A stretch of 25,945 nucleotides of DNA from positions 1-25,945 of the forward strand of contig NZ_NRDO01000048.1 in the NCBI RefSeq assembly GCF_010231475.1. Direction: 5' to 3'. Under the pieces are notes generated by a model. That model saw only the letters and a list, made by a program, of their open reading frames with translations. It did not search any database and was not told the origin of the DNA. This DNA is from Citrobacter sp. NCU1. GTDB lineage: Bacteria > Pseudomonadota > Gammaproteobacteria > Enterobacterales > Enterobacteriaceae. The number at the start of each line of letters is the position of its first letter. Position 1 is the first letter of the stretch. A program made the position numbers and the translations under genes. Positions 18,068 to 25,945 of this stretch are shown piece after piece.

Positions 18068-18892
18068 ATGGTTGCCCCCGTTCCCGCAAAACGCGGAAGA
18101 AAACCCGCTGCTGCCACGACCCCCGCGACCGGACAGGTTCAGTCTCTCACCCGTGGCCTGAAGCTGCTGGAATGGATTGCAGAGTCTAACGGCAGCGTCG
18201 CGCTGACCGAACTGGCGCAACAGGCGGGTTTACCTAATTCAACCACTCACCGTTTATTGACCACCATGCAGCAACAGGGATTTGTGCGCCAGGTCGGTGA
18301 ACTGGGCCACTGGGCAATAGGCGCTCATGCCTTTATTGTTGGCAGTAGTTTCTTACAAAGCCGGAATCTGCTGGCGATTGTCCACCCGATCCTGCGCAAG
18401 TTGATGGAAGACTCCGGCGAAACAGTCAATCTGGCAGTGCTTGACCAGAGCGACCATCAGGCGATTATCATCGACCAGGTACAGTGCACCCAACTGATGC
18501 GCATGTCTGCGCCTATCGGCGGCAAATTGCCGATGCACGCGTCCGGCGCGGGTAAAGCATTTTTATCGCAGTTGAGCGAAGAACAGGTCACCGGCTTACT
18601 TCACCGTAAAGGGCTACATGCTTATACCCATGCCACGCTGGTGTCGCCTGTGCATCTTAAAGATGACCTTGCCCAGACGCGTAAGCGCGGCTATTCGTTT
18701 GATGATGAAGAACATGCGCTGGGTTTACGCTGCGTGGCAGCGTGTATTTATGACGAACATCGCGAGCCGTTTGCCGCGATTTCTATCTCCGGGCCTGTTT
18801 CGCGCATCACCGATGACCGGGTAACGGAGTTCGGTGCCATGGCGATTAAGGCCGCAAAAGAAGTGACGCTGGCGTATGGCGGTTTCCGCTAA
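18068..18892 (+). CDS. iclR: Glyoxylate-bypass operon repressor IclR.
   Basis: The 274-aa product is near-identical to E. coli IclR (MVAP.PAKRGRKPA...TGQVQSLTRGLKLLEWIAESNG...). Confidence 0.96.
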   Translation: MVAPVPAKRGRKPAAATTPATGQVQSLTRGLKLLEWIAESNGSVALTELAQQAGLPNSTTHRLLTTMQQQGFVRQVGELGHWAIGAHAFIVGSSFLQSRNLLAIVHPILRKLMEDSGETVNLAVLDQSDHQAIIIDQVQCTQLMRMSAPIGGKLPMHASGAGKAFLSQLSEEQVTGLLHRKGLHAYTHATLVSPVHLKDDLAQTRKRGYSFDDEEHALGLRCVAACIYDEHREPFAAISISGPVSRITDDRVTEFGAMAIKAAKEVTLAYGGFR

Positions 18893-18932
18893 GGTGAGTA
18901 AAGCATTTTACGCCGCCATCCGTCGATGAAAT

Positions 18933-20712
<1,780 letters not shown>

Positions 20713-20721
20713 TTATCTGTT

Positions 20722-20796
20722 GCCGGATGGCGGTGCAAGCACCTTATCCGACCTACGGTTCAGAGTAGGCCGGATAAGCGTAAGCGCCATCCGGCA
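20722..20796. repeat. BIME made of two inverted REP elements between aceA and aceK.
   Basis: GCCGGATGGCGGTGCAAGCACCTTATCCGACCTAC and GTAGGCCGGATAAGCGTAAGCGCCATCCGGC, read from the sequence. Confidence 0.75.
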
Positions 20797-20800
20797 TGGA

Positions 20801-22105
20801 TCAGAACTGAGATTCTTCAGTGGATCCTGTCAGTGCGGTGACCGAAGAGGCGCCCCCCTGAATAATGGTGGTGACTTTATCGAAGTAACCGGTACCCACT
20901 TCCTGTTGGTGCGAGACGAAGGTATATCCGTCTTTGCCTGCGGCGAACTCCGGTTGCTGGACCTTCTCGACGTAGTGCTTCATACCTTCGCCTTGCGCAT
21001 AGGAACGCGCGAGGTCGAACATGTTGAACCACATGCTGTGGATGCCTGCCAGCGTGATGAACTGATATTTGTAGCCCATATCCGACAACTGCTGCTGGAA
21101 GCTGGCAATCGTTTTGTCGTCCAGATTCTTCTGCCAGTTAAACGACGGAGAACAGTTGTAAGCCAGCAATTTGCCCGGATACTTCGCGTGAATGGCATCC
21201 GCAAAACGTTTAGCCAATTCGAGGTCCGGCGTGGAAGTTTCGCACCACACCAGATCCGCATACGGCGCATAGGCCAGGCCACGGCTGATCGCCTGTTCGA
21301 TACCGGCGTGCGTGCGATAGAAACCTTCGCTGGTACGTTCGCCGGTAATGAATTCGCTGTCATAGGGATCGCAGTCAGAGGTGATAAGATCCGCTGCGTC
21401 CGCATCGGTACGGGCAATCACCAGCGTCGGTACGCCCATCACGTCGGCTGCCAGACGCGCGGCCACCAGTTTTTGAATCGCTTCCTGCGTCGGCACCAGT
21501 ACCTTACCGCCCATGTGGCCACATTTCTTCACTGACGCCAGCTGATCTTCGAAGTGAACAGCCGCTGCACCGGCCTCAATCATCGATTTCATCAGTTCAA
21601 ATGCGTTCAGCACGCCGCCAAAGCCGGCTTCTGCATCGGCGACGATCGGCAAGAAGTAGTCCACGTAACGCGGATCGTTGGGTTCAATACCAGTAGACCA
21701 CTGGATCTGATCCGCACGGCGGAAAGTGTTGTTGATCCGATCCACCACCGCCGGGACGGAGTTCGCCGGGTACAGTGATTGATCCGGGTACATGCTTGAT
21801 GCCAGGTTAGCATCCGCCGCCACCTGCCAACCAGACAGATAGACCGCTTCAATACCGGCTTTCGCCTGCTGCAACGCCTGACCACCGGTCAGCGCGCCGA
21901 GGCTATTGATGTAGCCTTTTTTCGATTCACCGTGCAGCAGTCGCCACATTTTGGCGGCGCCCAACTGTGCCAGCGTGCATTCCGGGTTGACCGAGCCGCG
22001 TAATTTCACCACTTCCTCCGCGCTATAGGGGCGACGAATGCCTTCCCAGCGCGGTTGTGTCCATTCTTGCTGTAATTCTTCGATTTGTTGAGTACGGGTT
22101 TTCAT
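20801..22105 (-). CDS. aceA: Isocitrate lyase.
   Basis: The 434-aa product is near-identical to E. coli AceA ([22 protein letters not shown]..., KKCGHMGGK). The ORF track adds 5 spurious N-terminal residues. Confidence 0.96.
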   Translation of the reverse strand: MKTRTQQIEELQQEWTQPRWEGIRRPYSAEEVVKLRGSVNPECTLAQLGAAKMWRLLHGESKKGYINSLGALTGGQALQQAKAGIEAVYLSGWQVAADANLASSMYPDQSLYPANSVPAVVDRINNTFRRADQIQWSTGIEPNDPRYVDYFLPIVADAEAGFGGVLNAFELMKSMIEAGAAAVHFEDQLASVKKCGHMGGKVLVPTQEAIQKLVAARLAADVMGVPTLVIARTDADAADLITSDCDPYDSEFITGERTSEGFYRTHAGIEQAISRGLAYAPYADLVWCETSTPDLELAKRFADAIHAKYPGKLLAYNCSPSFNWQKNLDDKTIASFQQQLSDMGYKYQFITLAGIHSMWFNMFDLARSYAQGEGMKHYVEKVQQPEFAAGKDGYTFVSHQQEVGTGYFDKVTTIIQGGASSVTALTGSTEESQF

Positions 22106-22136
22106 GTGCAGATGCTCCATATTGTTATGTGGTGAT

Positions 22137-23738
22137 TTACGCTAACAGGCGGTAGCCTGGCAGAGTCAGAAAGTCGATAAGGTCGTCGGATGTGGTGATC
22201 TGCTCCATCAGACGGGCGGCTTCATCGAAACGCCCGCTGCTGAAGCGGTGCTCGCCGAGTTCCTCCTGGATCACTAACATCTCTTCAGCCAGCATCTGGC
22301 GGAACAGCGCTTTAGTGACGGCTTTGCCGTTGCTCAGGGTTTTCTCGTGATGGATCCACTGCCAAATGGAGGTACGGGAGATTTCCGCCGTCGCGGCATC
22401 TTCCATCAGGCCGTAAATCGGTACACAGCCATTGCCGGAGATCCACGCTTCGATGTACTGCACCGCGACGCGAATATTGGCGCGCATCCCCTCTTCGGTA
22501 CGCTCTCCTTCACAAGGCGCCAGCAGGTGTTCGGCGGTAATCGGCGCATCGTCATCACGCGTGACGAACAACTGGTTTTTATGTTCACCGAGGATTTCAT
22601 CAAACACCGCCATCGCGGTATCCGCCAGACCCGGGTGGGCAACCCAGGTACCGTCGTGGCCGTTATTGGCTTCCAGCGATTTGTCCGCTTTTACCTTATT
22701 GAGTACCTGATTATTGCGTGCGGTATCTTTGCTCGGAATGAATGCCGCCATGCCGCCCATCGCAAATGCACCGCGCTTGTGACAAGTTTTGATCAGCAGA
22801 CGCGAGTAAGCGCTGAGGAACGGTTTGTCCATCGTCACCACCTGGCGATCGGGCAGTACACGATCCGGATGATTCTTCAACGTTTTGATATAGCTGAAAA
22901 TGTAATCCCAGCGACCGCAGTTGAGGCCAACAATATGATCACGCAACGCATGCAGGATTTCGTCCATCTGGAACACCGCCGGCAGCGTTTCAATCAGTAA
23001 CGTCGCTTTGATGGTGCCCCGTGCCAAATTAAAACGATCTTCGGCGTAGCTGAACACCTCGCTCCACCACGCCGCTTCCTGCCAGGCCTGGGTTTTCGGC
23101 AAGTAGAAATAGGGGCCGCTGCCTTTTGCCAGCAACGCTTTGTAGTTGTGGAAGAAATAAAGGGCAAAATCAAACAGGCTGCCCGGAATTGCTTCACCGC
23201 GCCAGGTGACATGTTTTTCAGGTAAATGCAGGCCGCGCACGCGGCAAATCAGTAACGCGGGATCGGGTTTGAGCTGGTAGATTTTTCCGGCTTCATTGGT
23301 ATAGCTAATGGTGCCATTGACCGCGTCGCGCAGGTTAATTTGGCCATCAATCACTTTATCCCAGTCCGGCGCCAGAGAATCCTCAAAATCCGCCATGAAG
23401 ACCTTCACGTTAGCATTCAGGGCGTTAATCACCATTTTGCGCTCAACAGGACCGGTAATTTCTACGCGCCTGTCTTGTAAGTCTTCGGGAATTCCACGAA
23501 TTTTCCAGTCGCCATTACGAATGGAAGCCGTTTCCGAAATAAAATCAGGCAACTTTCCATTGTCGATATCCTGCTGCTGCTGGATACGTGCGGCCAGCAG
23601 TTTATTACGCTTCGGCGTAAACCGCGTCACCAGTTCGGTCAGAAACTCTACTGCTTCTGCGGTCAGAACGTGCTTCTCTTGCTCACCATATGGCCGGGTA
23701 AACAGCAATTCGTCAGTTGTCGTTGCCTGTTGATTCAT
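22137..23738 (-). CDS. aceB: Malate synthase A.
   Basis: The 533-aa product is near-identical to E. coli AceB ([20 protein letters not shown]..., ...[10 protein letters not shown]). The start at 23738 has a GAGGAG RBS. The ORF track's longer N-terminus is spurious. Confidence 0.96.
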   Translation of the reverse strand: MNQQATTTDELLFTRPYGEQEKHVLTAEAVEFLTELVTRFTPKRNKLLAARIQQQQDIDNGKLPDFISETASIRNGDWKIRGIPEDLQDRRVEITGPVERKMVINALNANVKVFMADFEDSLAPDWDKVIDGQINLRDAVNGTISYTNEAGKIYQLKPDPALLICRVRGLHLPEKHVTWRGEAIPGSLFDFALYFFHNYKALLAKGSGPYFYLPKTQAWQEAAWWSEVFSYAEDRFNLARGTIKATLLIETLPAVFQMDEILHALRDHIVGLNCGRWDYIFSYIKTLKNHPDRVLPDRQVVTMDKPFLSAYSRLLIKTCHKRGAFAMGGMAAFIPSKDTARNNQVLNKVKADKSLEANNGHDGTWVAHPGLADTAMAVFDEILGEHKNQLFVTRDDDAPITAEHLLAPCEGERTEEGMRANIRVAVQYIEAWISGNGCVPIYGLMEDAATAEISRTSIWQWIHHEKTLSNGKAVTKALFRQMLAEEMLVIQEELGEHRFSSGRFDEAARLMEQITTSDDLIDFLTLPGYRLLA

Positions 23739-23838
23739 CGTGCAGCTCCTCGTCATGGATCCGAATACTTCCCCAATGCGAACGAAGGATCGTTGTGTGG
23801 TTTTCGTTCAGCACCACTAAGACTACTCAATTAAAAAT

Positions 23839-23865
23839 CAAAATCAAAAACAATTTCCATTTTTA
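23839..23865 (-). promoter_or_regulatory. IclR operator of the aceBAK promoter (minus strand AAAAATGGAAATTGTTTTTGATTTTG), in an AT-rich promoter region.
   Basis: It matches the E. coli aceB IclR box TGGAAATTGTTTTTGATTTTG as I remember it. It lies ~100 bp upstream of aceB. Confidence 0.45.
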
Positions 23866-23937
23866 ATTTAATTTGCAATTAACCTATTGATAACAATAAA
23901 AATAAAATTTAATTACACGATGAGGTGCGTTTCGGAA

Positions 23938-23963
23938 ATAAAAAAGGCACCCGAAGGTGCCTG
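23938..23963 (-). terminator. metA Rho-independent terminator (AGGCACC-CGAA-GGTGCCT followed by a U-run on the minus strand).
   Basis: Hairpin and T-run read from the sequence, 45 nt downstream of the metA stop. Confidence 0.75.
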
Positions 23964-24006
23964 ATTCAACATGCTGAAACGCTTTAGGATCGCCAGCTAC
24001 AGAAGA

Positions 24007-24936
24007 TTAATCCAGCGTTGGATTCATGTGACGCAGATCATATGGCGTGATCTGATAGACGTAATAGTTGAGCCAGTTGATGAACAACAAATTGCCATGG
24101 CTACGCCATGTTGCGCGTGGTCTGTTTTGCGGATCATTTTTCGGGAAATAGTTGTACGGTACATCCGGGTTTAATCCTGCTTCAGCATCCCGAAAATATT
24201 CACTGCCCAGCGTATTCGCATCGTATTCCGGATGACCCGTCACAAAGGCGATACGCTTATCTTTACTGGCAAACAGGTAAGCATCTCCATCCTCCGTTTC
24301 AGCCAGGATCTCAAGATCGGTATAATCACGGATCAGCACCGCCGGGAAATCGGCATAGCGTGAGTGCGGGGCGAGGAACGAATCATCGAATCCGCGAGTC
24401 AGTAAAGCATGAGGATGAAGAATATGGTGCTCATAAACACCAGAAAGTTTATCTGTGCGCGTCTGCTTCGGGATCCCGTAAAGGATATTCAGCGCGGCTT
24501 GCACCGCCCAACAGACAAACAACGTCGAAGTGACGTGGTCCTTCGCCCACTCCAGCACTTGTCTTATTTGCGGCCAGTAAGCAACATCATTAAATTCAAC
24601 CAGCCCCAGCGGCGCGCCGGTCACAATCAGGCCATCAAAGTTCTGATCGCGGATATCCTCAAAGTTACAGTAAAAATTATTCAGATGTTCCGCTGGCGTA
24701 TTACGCGACTCACGAGCATCAATGCGCAGTAATTGAACATCAACCTGAAGCGGTGAGTTCGACAACAGACGCAGGAACTGGTTTTCCGTTTCAATCTTCT
24801 TCGGCATCAGGTTGAGAATAAGTACCTTCAGCGGACGAATTTCCTGACCGGAAGCGCGAGATGTCGTCATCACAAAGACGTTTTCCTCACGCAAGAAATT
24901 GACGGCGGGCAGCTCGTCCTGTACGCGAATCGGCAT
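24007..24936 (-). CDS. metA: Homoserine O-succinyltransferase.
   Basis: The 309-aa product is near-identical to E. coli MetA ([27 protein letters not shown]...). Confidence 0.96.
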   Translation of the reverse strand: MPIRVQDELPAVNFLREENVFVMTTSRASGQEIRPLKVLILNLMPKKIETENQFLRLLSNSPLQVDVQLLRIDARESRNTPAEHLNNFYCNFEDIRDQNFDGLIVTGAPLGLVEFNDVAYWPQIRQVLEWAKDHVTSTLFVCWAVQAALNILYGIPKQTRTDKLSGVYEHHILHPHALLTRGFDDSFLAPHSRYADFPAVLIRDYTDLEILAETEDGDAYLFASKDKRIAFVTGHPEYDANTLGSEYFRDAEAGLNPDVPYNYFPKNDPQNRPRATWRSHGNLLFINWLNYYVYQITPYDLRHMNPTLD

Positions 24937-24961
24937 AACCTGATAACCTCACTACATACGT

Positions 24962-24985
24962 TTAAACGTTTAGACATCCAGATAG
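24962..24985. promoter_or_regulatory. Tandem 8-bp MetJ-box-like repeats (AGACATCC AGATAGCT GAAGATAC) in the metA promoter/leader.
   Basis: They resemble the AGACGTCT met-box consensus. E. coli metA is MetJ-regulated. Confidence 0.3.
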
Positions 24986-25092
24986 CTGAAGATACCCAGA
25001 AATAACACGGATGTCGAGCCTGCATGCTAAAAGTGAGAAAGTTTCACGACCATATCTACGATAAAATATAAGCATAAATAAAAGGAGAAGAT

Positions 25093-25536
25093 ATGGTTAT
25101 TAACATTCGCCGGTCGCGGCGTGATGAAGGCGAGAAATTGATTTCCCTCTGGTGTCGCTCAGTCGATGCCACCCATGATTTCCTGTCAGCGGAATATCGC
25201 GTTGAACTGGAAGAACTTGTCAGTTCGTTTTTACCTGAAGCACCATTATGGCTGGCCGTGACAGAGCAGGATGAACCTGTAGGATTCATGCTGCTCACCG
25301 GCGAACATATGGATGCATTATTCGTCGATCCTGATGTTCGCGGCTGTGGTGTCGGGAAAAGACTGGTCGAGCATGCGCTGACGCTGGCTCCCAGGTTAAC
25401 GACCAACGTTAATGAGCAAAATGAACAAGCCGTTGGGTTCTATAAAAAGATGGGATTTAACGTAACGGGACGTTCAGGAGTTGATGATCTTGGAAAACCG
25501 TATCCATTATTGAATCTGGCGTATACCGGAAAATAA
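25093..25536 (+). CDS. yjaB: GNAT-family N-acetyltransferase YjaB.
   Basis: The 147-aa product carries the GNAT motif (..VDPDVRGCGVGKRLVEHAL..) and is highly similar to E. coli YjaB. A strong RBS (AAAGGAGAAG) precedes it. Confidence 0.92.
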   Translation: MVINIRRSRRDEGEKLISLWCRSVDATHDFLSAEYRVELEELVSSFLPEAPLWLAVTEQDEPVGFMLLTGEHMDALFVDPDVRGCGVGKRLVEHALTLAPRLTTNVNEQNEQAVGFYKKMGFNVTGRSGVDDLGKPYPLLNLAYTGK

Positions 25537-25635
25537 GAGATCCAGTACGGTTTTTATTGCCGGAGATCGCTGTGTCTGTGATTCTCTGTAACCCGGATAA
25601 AGTGTGTAAAAGTCACCCTCCGGTATATTTGGATT

Positions 25636-25668
25636 GCCTGATGGCGCTGCGCTTATCAGGCCTGCACG
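25636..25668. repeat. REP element (GCCTGATGGCGCTGCGCTTATCAGGCCTGCACG).
   Basis: REP palindrome read from the sequence. Confidence 0.7.
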
Positions 25669-25722
25669 TCGGATATGGACTGATAAAATCTGCTCAATCC
25701 GGCATTTCCCCGGACCACAGAC

Positions 25723-25760
25723 GCAAAAAAGCCCATCCGTCAGGATGGGCTTCTTCACGT
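25723..25760. terminator. Hairpin terminator (GCCCATCC-GTCA-GGATGGGC). An A-run precedes it and a weak T-rich tract follows, so it is probably bidirectional, or belongs to a minus-strand gene beyond the window.
   Basis: Read from the sequence. Confidence 0.5.
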
Positions 25761-25945
25761 GTTTTATACCTGGCCGTTTATGGCTGGCGTCCTACCCCCT
25801 CCGGGCCGTTGCTGTGCAACGTTTAAATCCGCTCCCGACGAATAGGTCCTGTTCCGGAGAGTGCTCGCCATTAAGCAACAGATGACTAGTCCTGATATAG
25901 GTTGACAGTTTTTTGTCTGTAAAACGCCTGATGAACATCATCAGG

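Noticed and set aside
17891-18220. A 109-aa minus-strand ORF overlapping the iclR start and promoter.
   Set aside because: It is antisense to iclR, has no RBS, and is the spurious upstream extension frame of the metH-iclR divergent region.
25927-25945. A perfect palindrome CCTGATGA-aca-TCATCAGG at the very end of the window, preceded by TTGACAG.
   Set aside because: It is truncated by the window edge and cannot be assigned. It may be an operator or promoter element for the next gene (the yjaA/rrnE side in E. coli).​

Overview
This window is an enterobacterial chromosome segment (Escherichia/Citrobacter/Salmonella-like). It corresponds to the pgi - lysC - yjbD - rluF - yjbB - metH - iclR - aceKAB - metA - yjaB region of E. 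coli K-12, read in reverse orientation. All of these housekeeping genes are intact and recognisable by eye. Three differences from my recollection of the K-12 gene order stand out.

- A roughly 6.3 kb insertion lies between lysC and yjbD. It carries an RtcR-type sigma54 activator, divergent from a tightly packed three-gene operon (a cytoplasmic SPFH/band-7 protein, RtcB RNA ligase, and a Pol-beta-superfamily nucleotidyltransferase in the position normally occupied by RtcA), plus a PanS-like BASS-family transporter.
- pepE is absent between rluF and yjbB, leaving only an orphan hairpin.
- arpA is absent between iclR and aceK.

Other items:
- a partial AraA-like isomerase gene at the left edge with an in-frame TAA;
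- a lysC leader that appears to lack the L-box lysine riboswitch aptamer;
- a predicted sigma54 promoter with an unusually long (~290 nt) leader in front of the SPFH-rtcB-NTase operon;
- several REP/BIME elements;
- Rho-independent terminators;
- IclR and MetJ operator-like sites.

The RtcR-SPFH-RtcB-NTase module is the candidate for a novel RNA-repair or stress-response system.
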